A stretch of DNA of 64,000 nt from Spirochaetia bacterium. GTDB taxonomy: Bacteria; Spirochaetota; Spirochaetia; SZUA-6; Bin103. Positions 1-9,704 of this stretch are shown one piece after another; position 1 is the stretch's first letter, and each line of letters begins with the position of its first letter. The stretch lies in NCBI GenBank assembly GCA_965199955.1, contig CBDATQ010000002.1:864001-928000 (forward strand). The letters are read 5' to 3'. The translations under genes and the position numbers were made by a program. Under the pieces are notes generated by a model, which worked only from the letters and a program-made list of their open reading frames with translations, ran no database searches and was not told the origin of the DNA.

Positions 1-1
1 C

Positions 2-469
2 AACGTCGAAGTCGCCGCGGCCGGCCGCCTTGACGATGACGCGGTGCGGGAAAGCCTCTCGGGTGCCGGCCTCGACGACGACTTCGTTCTGCGGCTGCCG
101 AAGGGATACGACACTCCTCTCGGCAAGGTGCTGCGCGGCGGCGTGGACGTGTCGGGTGGTGAGTGGCAGCGGCTCGCGATGGCGCGTTCACTGGCGGCTG
201 ACGCGCCGGTGCGCATCCTGGACGAGCCCACGGCGGCTCTGGACCCGTTGGCCGAGAGCGAGCTGTACCGGTCCTACTCGGGCGCCGCGACCGGGCTGAC
301 GACTCTGTTCATCAGCCATCGCCTGGGCTCGACCAGGATCGCGGACCGGATCCTGGTCGTCGACGGCGGTGCGGTCGTCGAATCCGGCGCCCACGAGGAC
401 TTGATGGGCCAGGACGGCCTGTACGAGCAGATGTTCACCGCGCAGAGGCACTGGTATGACGCGGGGTAG
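2..469 (+). CDS. ABC transporter ATP-binding/permease, C-terminal part (5' truncated by window)
   Basis: Signature SGGEWQRLAMAR, Walker B ILDEPT, H-loop ISHRL; frame is open to the window edge. Confidence 0.9.
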   Translation, partial: NVEVAAAGRLDDDAVRESLSGAGLDDDFVLRLPKGYDTPLGKVLRGGVDVSGGEWQRLAMARSLAADAPVRILDEPTAALDPLAESELYRSYSGAATGLTTLFISHRLGSTRIADRILVVDGGAVVESGAHEDLMGQDGLYEQMFTAQRHWYDAG

Positions 470-2231
470 CCGCGTTTCGTACTTCCGGCTTCTCGCCCGG
501 GTGACGTGGCTTGTCGGCCGCAGGGCACCGCTTTCGCTGCTGGCGATCGCGGTCGTCGACCTGGGGTTCGTCGGCACCGAAGTGCTGGTATTCCACCTGC
601 TGGAGAGCGTCCTGACGGCACTGACCGACCAACGGTTGGCCGAGATCGCCGGCGCGATCGTTCTTGTGGGTTTGGCGATCCTGGCGCGGGAGCTCGTCGA
701 GGCGGTACATCGTCCCCTTGCCGCATTCCTCGGCGGCAAGGGGACCGGCGTGCTGACCGAGGACCTCAACCGGAAAGCCGCGCGGCTCGAGGTCGTCGAC
801 TTCGAGACCCTGGATGCGCACGAGCGCTTGGAGCAGGCGAAGACGGGACCGGAGGGAGCGCTCAGGATGCTGGTGGCGTTCCTGGATCCGATCGCCATGT
901 TGATGCTGCTTGCGGCGGCTGGCGTCTATCTCCATTCGCTCGCCCCATCGTTGGCGCTGGTCGTTCCATTCGTCTTCGTGCCCCGCATCGCCGGTGACCT
1001 CATCCGTGGCAGCCGGTACTACCGGCTCGAGCGCAGGACGGTGCCGCTGCAGAGGGAGTTCCAGTATCTGGAGCGCTGCCTGACCGACCGCAAGTACTTC
1101 AAGGAGAAGAGGATCCTGGGCGCGGGATCCTGGCTGCTGCGGCGGTATCGAGCGGTGCTGAGCCGTTTCAGTGCGGCACGCTGGCGTGAGGACCTTCGGG
1201 TTGGGCTCATCGATCTCGGGCTCGGGGTCGCGATGCTGATCGGGTACGGAGGTTCGTTCGTGCTGGCGGCGCTGCTGTTGGCGGGCGGCAGCATCGGGGT
1301 CGGCGCGTTTGCCGTGGTCGTCTACGCGATGAGCCGGTTCATGCTCATGGCCGAGGGCATCATGGAGGGGTTCGGGGTGTCGTACCGCCAGAGCATCAAG
1401 GCATCCCACCTGGTCGAGTTCCTGGATCGCGACGAAGGCCGGCTCGCCGCTGATCGTGCGGGACGGGCGACCGGCGGGGCCGTGACGGCGCGGAACGTGT
1501 CCTTCACCTACCCCGGAGCGGACGCGGCCGCCGTCGACGACGTGAGCGTGGACCTGGCGCCCGGCACCACCGTGGCGCTGGTCGGCGCCAACGGCGCCGG
1601 CAAGACCACGCTGGCCAAGCTGATCCTGGGGCTCTTCGTTCCGACCGGCGGCAACGTGATCCGCGGGACCGTCAACACCAGGGACGCGACCAGGCAGGAT
1701 ATCCGCGAGCGTACCTCCGCCGTGTTCCAGAACTTCCAGCGCTATCAGATGACCCTGCGGGAGAACGTCGTCCTGGCCGACGCGACCCGTGCCGAGGACG
1801 AGCAGGAGGTGATCCGGGCGCTCGAACGGGGCGGCGTGCCGGCGGAGCTGTGGCAGGGAGCGGAAGGGCTCGATCTCATGCTGTCGCGGGAGTTCGGGAC
1901 GCGCGACCTGTCGCTCGGGCAGTGGCAGCGGGTGGCGATCGCCCGCGGACTGTTCCGGGAGCACGACGTGATCCTGCTTGACGAGCCGACCGCGTCGATC
2001 GATCCGCTGGAGGAGCAGGCGGTGTACGAGCGGTTCATGGAGATCGCCGCCGGCCGCACGGCGATCCTGGTCACGCACCGACTGGGCTCGGCACGGCTGG
2101 CCGACCGGATCCTGGTGATGCGGGACGGCCGCATCGTAGAGGATGGCACGCACGAGCGGCTGCTCAAACGGCGCGGGCTTTACCACGAAATGTTCAGCGC
2201 GCAGGCTGCTTGGTACAAGCGGCGAAGATAG
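456..2231 (+). CDS. ABC exporter ATP-binding/permease (likely heterodimer partner of the upstream gene)
   Basis: N-terminal TM segments, Walker A GANGAGKT, LSLGQWQR, LLDEPT, VTHRL; 14-bp overlap with the upstream ABC gene. Confidence 0.9.
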   Translation: MTRGSRVSYFRLLARVTWLVGRRAPLSLLAIAVVDLGFVGTEVLVFHLLESVLTALTDQRLAEIAGAIVLVGLAILARELVEAVHRPLAAFLGGKGTGVLTEDLNRKAARLEVVDFETLDAHERLEQAKTGPEGALRMLVAFLDPIAMLMLLAAAGVYLHSLAPSLALVVPFVFVPRIAGDLIRGSRYYRLERRTVPLQREFQYLERCLTDRKYFKEKRILGAGSWLLRRYRAVLSRFSAARWREDLRVGLIDLGLGVAMLIGYGGSFVLAALLLAGGSIGVGAFAVVVYAMSRFMLMAEGIMEGFGVSYRQSIKASHLVEFLDRDEGRLAADRAGRATGGAVTARNVSFTYPGADAAAVDDVSVDLAPGTTVALVGANGAGKTTLAKLILGLFVPTGGNVIRGTVNTRDATRQDIRERTSAVFQNFQRYQMTLRENVVLADATRAEDEQEVIRALERGGVPAELWQGAEGLDLMLSREFGTRDLSLGQWQRVAIARGLFREHDVILLDEPTASIDPLEEQAVYERFMEIAAGRTAILVTHRLGSARLADRILVMRDGRIVEDGTHERLLKRRGLYHEMFSAQAAWYKRRR

Positions 2232-2245
2232 CGCTCTTTCGGAGG

Positions 2246-3955
2246 TCAGGGAGCCGGCGGAACCGGCTCCCTGACGGTCAACCGCTGGTTGGTTGCCACC
2301 TCGTTCAGGGTCTGTCGCACGCCGCTCGGCCATTCGATCTGCACGGTGGCGATGTGCTGCAGATCCGGTCCCACGCCGAAGTGGGCGATCGCCTCGTTCT
2401 GGCCCAGGTAGTTGTTGCTGCCGCCCAGCACTTGCACCAGGCGCCGATCCAGCTCGGCTGCGCGCGGGGTAACGGTGATGCGCGCGCCGACCCCCTGCCG
2501 GTTGGACACCGTGCCCTGCAGGCGGAGCTGCAGCCAGCGGTTTGGTCCCACCTGTCCCTGACGGTTGGTGTCGTTGCGGTACAGCACCGGACGGCCGCTG
2601 TTGTGCACGACCAGCAGGTCCAGGTCGCCGTCGGGCTCCAGGTCGAAGGCCGCCAGCCCGGTGCCAACGCCGGTGGCCGTAAGCCCCTCCTGCTGTGCCA
2701 CCTCCGTGAAGCGGCCGCGACCGTCGTTGCGCCACAGCCGCATCGGGTCGTCTTCGAAGCCGGTGGTGTTGGCGGTGTAGGGGACCTCGTCGGCGTAGTC
2801 CACGCCGGTGGCCAGCACCAGGTCCAGGTCGCCGTCGTTGTCGTAGTCCAGGAAGGTGGTGCCCCATCCCCAGGAGCCGTCCCGCACGCCGGCGGCGTCG
2901 GTGGCGTCCTCGAAGAAGCCGCGGCCGATGTTGCGGTACAGCCGGTTGCCGTCGCGGTAGGGCACCCCCTCCTCGTAGATGGCGCTCACGAACCAGTCCA
3001 TGCGGCCGTCGCCGTCGTAATCGCCCACCGCCGACCCCATGCCGTATTCGTCGGTGCCGACCCGCGCCCCGGTCGTGCCGTGCACGAAGCGTCCGTTGCC
3101 GCGGTTCCAGTAGAGCTGGCTGGCGTTGTGGTCGGCGACGATGACCAGCTCGGGATAGAGGTCGTCGTCCAGCAGGGCGAAGGTGGACGTCAGGCTCTGG
3201 CCCTCGGCCAGCGGGTTGACCGCGATGACGCGGTGCTGGGAGACGCCCGCGTAGCGGGTAACGTCCTCGAAGCTGCCCGGCGCCTCCGCTCCCAGGTTGC
3301 GCAGCAGCCGCGCGTTGCTCTGCGCTCCCACGGTCATCTGGCGCAGGAATCGCCACTCGGTGGTGTGCAGATCCAGGTAGCCGTCCAGGTCGTAGTCCCC
3401 GAAGGTGGCGCTGAAGCCGAAGTGCAGGTCGTCGCCTTCGGTCGCCGCGCCGCGCGCCACGGCCTCCTCGGTGAACCTGCCGGCGCCGTCATTCACGAAC
3501 AGGTGGAAGCGGTGCGAAAACAGGCTCGTCACGTACAGGTCCAGGTCTCCGTCGTTGTCGATGTCTCCCCAGGCGGAGCCGTTGGACTGCAGCTCCGCCA
3601 GGTGGTCGGGGCCGAAGGCGGCAGCGGTGACGTCCGCGAAGCTGCCGTCGCCGCGGTTGCGGTACAGGATGTCGCTGTCGTCCAGGCGGGTCACGTACAG
3701 ATCGACCAGTCCGTCGCCGTCGTAGTCGCCGGCGGCCACTCCACCGGTCGTGTAGCTCTGCATGGCAGCCGGAATGTCCTCCCCCCGCCGAAACTGCACG
3801 TAGTCGATGCCGGCGGCGTCCGTCACGTCGTGGAAGATCTGCGCCAGCCCCGGCACCGCCGAGACGCAGGCGAGAATGGCGGCGAACAGGAACCCGATCA
3901 CTCTTCGAGTGAGATTCGCTGCGCTCAAACTGCGAGTGAGGATCGCGCCGCTCAT
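2246..3955 (-). CDS. CRTAC1-family secreted protein (FG-GAP/VCBS repeats plus ASPIC/UnbV C-terminus)
   Basis: Signal-like N-terminus; about 6-7 DxDxDGxxD repeats; C-terminal NRWLQLRLQG..SNRQGVGARITV..NYLGQN..AHFGVG; ATGA overlap with permease stop. Confidence 0.85.
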   Translation of the reverse strand: MSGAILTRSLSAANLTRRVIGFLFAAILACVSAVPGLAQIFHDVTDAAGIDYVQFRRGEDIPAAMQSYTTGGVAAGDYDGDGLVDLYVTRLDDSDILYRNRGDGSFADVTAAAFGPDHLAELQSNGSAWGDIDNDGDLDLYVTSLFSHRFHLFVNDGAGRFTEEAVARGAATEGDDLHFGFSATFGDYDLDGYLDLHTTEWRFLRQMTVGAQSNARLLRNLGAEAPGSFEDVTRYAGVSQHRVIAVNPLAEGQSLTSTFALLDDDLYPELVIVADHNASQLYWNRGNGRFVHGTTGARVGTDEYGMGSAVGDYDGDGRMDWFVSAIYEEGVPYRDGNRLYRNIGRGFFEDATDAAGVRDGSWGWGTTFLDYDNDGDLDLVLATGVDYADEVPYTANTTGFEDDPMRLWRNDGRGRFTEVAQQEGLTATGVGTGLAAFDLEPDGDLDLLVVHNSGRPVLYRNDTNRQGQVGPNRWLQLRLQGTVSNRQGVGARITVTPRAAELDRRLVQVLGGSNNYLGQNEAIAHFGVGPDLQHIATVQIEWPSGVRQTLNEVATNQRLTVREPVPPAP

Positions 3956-4830
3956 TCTTTCACCGCACCCACCAGGATGCCCTTGATGAAGTAGCGCTGG
4001 AGGAACGGGTAGACCAGCACGATGGGAACGATCGTCACCATCATGGTCGCGAACTGCAGGCCGTCGGGGTGCAGGTAGTGGGAGCTGGATTCATCGACCA
4101 TGGTTCGCGCCGCCTCCGTGGTGAAGTCGGCCATGTTCGCCTGCTTGATGACCCGGACCAGCACCCCCTGCAACGTATCCAGCCAATCCGAGCGCGTAAA
4201 GTAGGCGGTGTCGAACCAGGAGCCCCACTGCGCGACCGCGGCGAACAGCGCGATCACGGCGATCACCGGCGTCGAGATGGGCAGGTAGATCGCCCTGAAG
4301 ATGCGCGCGTAGCCGGCGCCGTCCACGCGGGCCGACTCTTCGAGAGAAACCGGGATCTGGTTGAACTGAGCCATGAAGATGATCACGTAGAAGAAGGAGA
4401 ACAGGTTCGGCAGGATGTAGACGGCGAACCGGTCGAGCACGCCCAGTGCCCGCAGATTGAGGTAGATCGGGATCAGGCCGCCCGAGAAGAACAACGGGAC
4501 AGTGAACAGGACCAGATAGAGGTTACGGTAGGGAAGCTCCTGCTTGCGCAGCGCGAACGCGCACATGGCGCAGGTCAGCACCGTGGCCGCGGCGCCCACG
4601 ACCGTCCGGCTGACCGACATCAGGAAGGCGTTCAGCAGCCGCCCGTTGCCAAAGATGATCCGGTAGTTGCGCAGGGTCAGATCCTCCGCGAGCAGCCATG
4701 CCGGACCGAAAATGAGCCCGCCGTTCAGGGAATTGAGAGCGAAGTAATAGAGCGGATAAAGGATGCCCAGCGCCAGGATGAGGATCGGAACGTAGATGCC
4801 CAGGTACACCGCCAGTGTCGGCCGGGTCAT
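3952..4830 (-). CDS. Carbohydrate ABC transporter permease (MalG/LplC type), paralogue 2
   Basis: FSGGLIPIYL, EESARVDGAG (EAA loop), YPFLQRYFIKGILVGAVKE; ATG at 4830 preferred over 4872. Confidence 0.9.
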   Translation of the reverse strand: MTRPTLAVYLGIYVPILILALGILYPLYYFALNSLNGGLIFGPAWLLAEDLTLRNYRIIFGNGRLLNAFLMSVSRTVVGAAATVLTCAMCAFALRKQELPYRNLYLVLFTVPLFFSGGLIPIYLNLRALGVLDRFAVYILPNLFSFFYVIIFMAQFNQIPVSLEESARVDGAGYARIFRAIYLPISTPVIAVIALFAAVAQWGSWFDTAYFTRSDWLDTLQGVLVRVIKQANMADFTTEAARTMVDESSSHYLHPDGLQFATMMVTIVPIVLVYPFLQRYFIKGILVGAVKE

Positions 4831-4836
4831 GGGGTG

Positions 4837-4891
4837 CCCTGAGAATCCGTCGGATTGGCGCGTCAGCGGCATATCCGGCGGACTCTCAGGG
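4837..4891. repeat. 55-bp element bounded by 19-bp imperfect inverted repeats
   Basis: ccctgagaatccgtcggat (4837-4855) vs atccggcggactctcaggg (4873-4891): 17/19 complementary. Confidence 0.7.
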
Positions 4892-4941
4892 GAAGGTGGG
4901 GATGGGCCAAAAGCGGAACCGCAGGCGACGGTTTTGGGGCG

Positions 4942-5853
4942 CTAACCCTTGATGGAGCCGATCAGGATGCCCTTGATGAAGTAGCGCTGCAGGAACGGGT
5001 AGACCATCACGATCGGCAGGACCGTGACCAGCATGGTCGCGAACTGCACGCCCTCCGGATTGAGATGGTTGGTGATTTGTTCATCCTGCAGGGCCGCCAT
5101 TTCCTGGACGAAGCTGCCCAGGCTGCTCTGCTTGACGACGCGCAGCAGAACGGCCTGCAGAGTCTCCAGGGATTCCGAACGGGTGAAGTACAGCGTGTCG
5201 AACCAGGAGTTCCACTGTGCGACCCCGGCGAACAGGGCGATGGCGGCGATCAGGGGCATCGATATGGGGAAGTAGATCCTCACGAAGATGCGGAAGTAGC
5301 CGGCGCCGTCGATGCGCGCCGAGTCCTCCAGCGAGACCGGCAGGTCGTTGAAGCTGGTCATCATGATGATGACGTAGAAGAACGAGAAGAGCTGCGGAAA
5401 GATGTAGACCCAGAAGGTGTCCAGCAGCCCGAGAAACCGGAGGTTGAGGTAGATCGGAATCAGGCCGCCGGAAAAGAACAGCGGAATGGCGAAGATCACC
5501 AGGTACCAGTTGCGGAACGGCAGGTTGGGCTTGCGCAGCGCGAATGCGCACATCGCGCAGTTGAACACCGTGAACACGGTGCCGATCAAGGTCCGGGCCG
5601 TCGACGTCGTGAACGCGGTCAGCAGGCGATTGTTGGCGAAGATCACCTGGTAGTTCCTGAGCGTGAGGTCCGGGGGCAGCAGATACGCGGGACCGGCGTG
5701 GAGCTGGATGTTCACGGAGTTGATCAGGTAGTAATAGAACGGATAGATGATGGAGATGCCGAGCACCACGAGCGGCGCGTAGATCCCGGCGTACATCAGC
5801 GGCGTGACTCGCCGGTGGTGGGCAAGGATCCCGTGCTGGGCTCTTGAACCCAT
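4942..5853 (-). CDS. Carbohydrate ABC transporter permease (MalG/LplC type), paralogue 1
   Basis: EDSARIDGAG, YPFLQRYFIKGILIGSIKG; ATG at 5853 is TGATG-coupled to the upstream permease. Confidence 0.9.
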   Translation of the reverse strand: MGSRAQHGILAHHRRVTPLMYAGIYAPLVVLGISIIYPFYYYLINSVNIQLHAGPAYLLPPDLTLRNYQVIFANNRLLTAFTTSTARTLIGTVFTVFNCAMCAFALRKPNLPFRNWYLVIFAIPLFFSGGLIPIYLNLRFLGLLDTFWVYIFPQLFSFFYVIIMMTSFNDLPVSLEDSARIDGAGYFRIFVRIYFPISMPLIAAIALFAGVAQWNSWFDTLYFTRSESLETLQAVLLRVVKQSSLGSFVQEMAALQDEQITNHLNPEGVQFATMLVTVLPIVMVYPFLQRYFIKGILIGSIKG

Positions 5854-6827
5854 CAGAACAGCCCCTTGCCGGTGAGCCGCTTGCTGAGGTTGTTGACGGT
5901 CAGCAGGATTGCCAGGTTGATCACCGACTTGAACAGGCCGGCGGCGGTGGCGTAGGAGTAGCGGCCGTGCTCCAGTCCGACCCGCAGGATCAGCGTGTCG
6001 AAGATGTCCGACACCCCGCGGTTGAAGGGGTTGCCGAGCACGAACACCTGGTCGAAGGTGTCGCCGGTGCCCTGCATGATCTGCGAGCAACGCAGGATCA
6101 GCAGGATCATGAAGGTGCCGAGCAGGTGCGGCCAGGTGATGTGGATGGCCTTGGTCCAGCGCCCGCCACCGTCGATCTCGCACGCCTCATACATCTCCTG
6201 GTCGATGCCGGCGATCACGGCCAGATAGATAATCGACCCCCAGCCCACCTCCTTCCAGAAGTCGGAAAGGACCAGCAGCGGCCAGAAAAAGGTCTTGTCG
6301 GCGATCAGGTCCACCGGCTCGCCGATCAGCCCCAGGCCGAGCAGCAAGGCATTGAACGGCGATTCCGGGGTAGGCCGCAGGAAGTTGTACATCATGCCGC
6401 CCACCACCACCCAGGAGATGAAGTGCGGGAGATAGGAGACGGTCTGAGCCGTCTTCTTGAAGCCGCGGTGAATCACCTCGTTGAGCATCAGGGCCAGCAG
6501 CACCGGCGGCAGCGACAGCAGTCCCAGCTTGAGCGCCGAGATGACCAGGGTGTTGCGCAGCACCACGCTGAAGTTGGGCGCCTTGAAGAAGTCGATGAAG
6601 TGCTCGAAGCCGTTGTTGAATGCCCACGGACTGGCCCAGATGCCGGTGAACACGTCGTAGCGCTTGAAGGCGATGATGATCCCGTACAGCGGCAGATAGT
6701 TGAAGAGGATGGTGGCCAGCAGCGAAGGCAGGATCATCAGGTGCAGCATGTGGATGCCGCGGTCGGCCCACGTTCGCCGCCTGCGCGTGAGATGCCTGGT
6801 CAGGGTCCGTTGGGTGAGCTCACTCAT
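5853..6827 (-). CDS. Carbohydrate ABC transporter permease (LplB/MalF type)
   Basis: YLPLYGIIIAFK, SYLPHFISWVVV, WKEVGWGSIIYLA, YEACEIDGGG. Confidence 0.92.
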   Translation of the reverse strand: MSELTQRTLTRHLTRRRRTWADRGIHMLHLMILPSLLATILFNYLPLYGIIIAFKRYDVFTGIWASPWAFNNGFEHFIDFFKAPNFSVVLRNTLVISALKLGLLSLPPVLLALMLNEVIHRGFKKTAQTVSYLPHFISWVVVGGMMYNFLRPTPESPFNALLLGLGLIGEPVDLIADKTFFWPLLVLSDFWKEVGWGSIIYLAVIAGIDQEMYEACEIDGGGRWTKAIHITWPHLLGTFMILLILRCSQIMQGTGDTFDQVFVLGNPFNRGVSDIFDTLILRVGLEHGRYSYATAAGLFKSVINLAILLTVNNLSKRLTGKGLF

Positions 6828-6839
6828 CGCACTATTCGC

Positions 6840-6883
6840 AAAAGGGGCGGCGCCACGCGTCGGCTACGCGCGGCACCACCCCT
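6840..6883 (-). terminator. Intercistronic hairpin / intrinsic terminator after the solute-binding gene
   Basis: Minus-strand stem GGGGUGGUGCCGCGCGU, 5-nt loop, ACGCGUGGCGCCGCCCC, followed by UUUU. Confidence 0.75.
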
Positions 6884-6909
6884 CGTCAGGTCGTAGACGA
6901 GTCGACCTT

Positions 6910-8628
6910 CTACAGGCCGACGCTGTACTTGGCGACGCGCTCGGCGTGTCCGTTCAGTACCTGGGTGTACCAGGCGTTGAGCGTGTCCAGGCCGAGGTCA
7001 TGCATGGTGGCGATCATCTCGTCGTAGCCGGCCTGCACGGCGTCGGCGGGTCCGGAGATGATGTCGAAGATCTGCGTGCTGTAGTAGTCCTTGATCGTCG
7101 CGGCGATCTTCTCTTCCTCGGAACCGGCCGTGTAGTTGTCCACGCCGCGAAACTTCATCATGTCGGTATAGTTGGCGAGCGCCGTGTCATAGATCTGCTG
7201 CCCGATTTCGTCGAGATTCGGCCAGCCCCCCTGCTCGGCGGTGTACTTGTCGCGGAACAGGTACATCGATCCCAGTCCATATTTCGCGCGGAAAAGCTGA
7301 GGTCCCGGATTCTCCGCCTGGAAGTCCTTGAGATACTGCCTCGTCACCGGGATGTCGTACCCTCTGAAGTCCCTGGGGTCGGAATGGACGCCTTCGATCC
7401 CGAAGATCATGCGCTTCTGGGTCGACTCCTGAGCCAGCCAGTCCAGCCACTGGATCGCCCGGTCGGGGCGTTCCGCCTGCGTGGTGACCATCACTCCGGA
7501 GCCGCCGACGCCGCCGCGCAGGTCGTCGATCTCGTACTTCATGTGCGGCTCGATCGTGAATGCCGGCAGCATGATGAAGCGCAGGCTCTCCACGCCGAGC
7601 TTCTCTGCCAACGGCGCCCGAGCCTGTTTGAAATCCGTGGCGTTGTGGATGCCGGCCGCGTTGTCGGCGTCCTGGTTCAGCTCGGAGAAGATCTTGGTCA
7701 TCATGTTGCCCCAGAGCTGCGGCTGCTTCTCCGTGAACTCCGTGCGCGCGATGAGCTGCTCGTTGTACAGGGTGTTGGCGAATTGCAGCACCTTCACGAA
7801 GTCTTCGTGCTCCCAGTACTTGTACCACACGCCGTCATCGCGCTGGAAGAAGCGCTGGTTGAGACCGCCCAGCGGCAGCGAACGCTCGACCACCCGCGGA
7901 TTGCCGTCCTTGTCCGGTGAGGGGCCGCGCAGCGACTGCACGGGCGTCAGCTCCGGGAACTCCTGCTTCACGCGGCGCAGCAGGTCGATGTAGTCGTCGG
8001 TGTTGTTGATCTCCGGTGCGCCGAGGTGCTCGTAGACTTCCTTGAGCACGGTCACGCCCTGCATCGCCTTGAGCACGAGCGGGCTTTCTATCTGCTCGTC
8101 GGTCACGTAATAGGACGGATGGAAGTAGAACCCCATGTCGTCGAAGTGCATGCGGTAGTACAGCCGGATGCGACTGTCCCAGTTGTCCATGTACTTGGGC
8201 GCGAACTTCTGGCTCAGCGCATCCAGGTCGTGGACGAGGCCGCGCTGCACGAGCTGGGTAGCCTGCTGCAGGTTGTGGCTCAGCCGCATCATGTCGGGCA
8301 GGTCGCCGGAGGCGAGCAGCACGTTGAGCATGGTCTGGTCGCTGTCGGGCGCGAAGGTCATGTCGAAGTCGACGCCGTTCTCCTCCACGAAGATCTTGGT
8401 GAGCTCGTCGTCGCCGTAGTGCTCGTTGAGGTTGCTGTCGCTGCCCGCCATGGCGTCGAAGAAGAACGTCAGCGTGATCGGGCTGGTGTCGGTGGTCCAG
8501 CTCGGATCGGCGATGACCATGTCCTCGGCAGCCGCGGCTTCCTCCGAGGAGCCTTCGGCCCAAGCGGTCATGCTGAACGCGAGCAGCAGTGCCAGTGCGA
8601 TACCGGCGATGCCGGTCAACTTACCCAT
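6910..8628 (-). CDS. Extracellular solute-binding protein (LplA-like sugar ABC)
   Basis: Signal peptide ..AFSMTAWAEGSSEEAAA; LNVLLASGDLPD; FGIEGVH; AGGGGGA SD before ATG 8628. Confidence 0.85.
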   Translation of the reverse strand: MGKLTGIAGIALALLLAFSMTAWAEGSSEEAAAAEDMVIADPSWTTDTSPITLTFFFDAMAGSDSNLNEHYGDDELTKIFVEENGVDFDMTFAPDSDQTMLNVLLASGDLPDMMRLSHNLQQATQLVQRGLVHDLDALSQKFAPKYMDNWDSRIRLYYRMHFDDMGFYFHPSYYVTDEQIESPLVLKAMQGVTVLKEVYEHLGAPEINNTDDYIDLLRRVKQEFPELTPVQSLRGPSPDKDGNPRVVERSLPLGGLNQRFFQRDDGVWYKYWEHEDFVKVLQFANTLYNEQLIARTEFTEKQPQLWGNMMTKIFSELNQDADNAAGIHNATDFKQARAPLAEKLGVESLRFIMLPAFTIEPHMKYEIDDLRGGVGGSGVMVTTQAERPDRAIQWLDWLAQESTQKRMIFGIEGVHSDPRDFRGYDIPVTRQYLKDFQAENPGPQLFRAKYGLGSMYLFRDKYTAEQGGWPNLDEIGQQIYDTALANYTDMMKFRGVDNYTAGSEEEKIAATIKDYYSTQIFDIISGPADAVQAGYDEMIATMHDLGLDTLNAWYTQVLNGHAERVAKYSVGL

Positions 8629-8705
8629 AGGTATCCCCCTTAAGGATAGAAAGGTGATTGGGCAGAATGCTGGCCCCATGCGCGCAGCCCCGTCAAGGGG
8701 CGGAG

Positions 8706-9704
8706 TCAGGCGGAGCGCAGAAACAGGTCGCGGCCAGCGACCAGCGCCCGCAGCTTGCCGTCGGCCGCGGAGCGCGGCAGCATCCGCAGGCCGCAGTCGG
8801 GATGCAGGTAGGCGATGCGCTCGGCCCCGACGCGCTGCGCCAGCTCCTCGATGCGGCGCGCCACCTGGCCCGGCGTCTCCACCTGCAGGTCCTTGACGTC
8901 GATCACGCCCAGTCCCAGGCGGATGCCGGCGCGCACGTCGGCCAGGCGGTCCAGGTCCTCAGGCGCGCGGCGGGTGGTCTCCAGCACCAGGTGGTCGCAG
9001 CGCAGCGCGTTCATGAAGTCGATCAGCCGGCCGTAGTCGCCGCTCTGGATCATCTGCCCGCCGTAGTTGCCGAAGCACAGGTGCACGGCCCGCTCGGTGC
9101 CGGGCTCGACGCCGTCGAGCATCCGGTTGATGGCGGCGGCCGCGAGCGGGCCGTCGCCGGGCGAGCCGGGCAGGTTGGGCTCGTCCACCTGCACGACGGC
9201 GGCGCCGATGCCCGCAAGTTGGCCGGCGAGCAGCTCCGCGAGCGCCATCGCCAGCGACTCCAGGTCGCCGTAGTGGGCGTCCGCCACCGTCCGGGCGATC
9301 AGGTAGGGGCTCGACACCGTGAACTTGAGCGGTGCGTCGGTGAGCACGCGGGCGCGGTCCCAGTCCCGCTTCAGGTTCAGGCGACCGTCGCCGAGCGGCC
9401 CGACCACGACGCCGGGCGGGGCGCTGCGGAAGGCCATCTCGTCTCGTGCCCGCCAGGCTTCGAGCTGCACTCGTGTGAGCTCCGTGCTCACGCCCGCAAG
9501 CGGGCGCACGAAGCGCTCCACCATCCCGCCGGGCGCGCGCCGCTGCAGGTCCCAGCGGCCAAGCTCGCCGTCGCAGATCACCTCGACGCCGGCGCGTCGC
9601 TGGGCGTCCATGACCACGGTCAGCGCATCGGCCAGCGCCTCTTCATCCTGGCACTGCTTCAGCCACTCGGGGACGGGATAGCTGCCGACGACGGTGGTCT
9701 TCAC
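8706..9704 (-). CDS. Cobalamin-independent methionine synthase II family (single-barrel MetE C-terminal-like Zn enzyme)
   Basis: TTVVGSYP, DGELGR, VQVDEP, HLCFGNY, LGVIDVK, HPDCGL. Confidence 0.85.
   Translation of the reverse strand: MKTTVVGSYPVPEWLKQCQDEEALADALTVVMDAQRRAGVEVICDGELGRWDLQRRAPGGMVERFVRPLAGVSTELTRVQLEAWRARDEMAFRSAPPGVVVGPLGDGRLNLKRDWDRARVLTDAPLKFTVSSPYLIARTVADAHYGDLESLAMALAELLAGQLAGIGAAVVQVDEPNLPGSPGDGPLAAAAINRMLDGVEPGTERAVHLCFGNYGGQMIQSGDYGRLIDFMNALRCDHLVLETTRRAPEDLDRLADVRAGIRLGLGVIDVKDLQVETPGQVARRIEELAQRVGAERIAYLHPDCGLRMLPRSAADGKLRALVAGRDLFLRSA

Noticed and set aside
435..3356. 973-aa minus-strand ORF and other long Arg/Ala/Gly-rich ORFs (e.g. 11131-14550, 21264-23435, 36880-39210, 47071-49206)
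   Set aside because: Shadow ORFs of high-GC genes; they overlap motif-bearing CDSs and have no motifs of their own
2600..3740. Repeated gtccaggtcgccgtcg-like DNA
   Set aside because: Coding FG-GAP repeats with irregular spacing, not a CRISPR array
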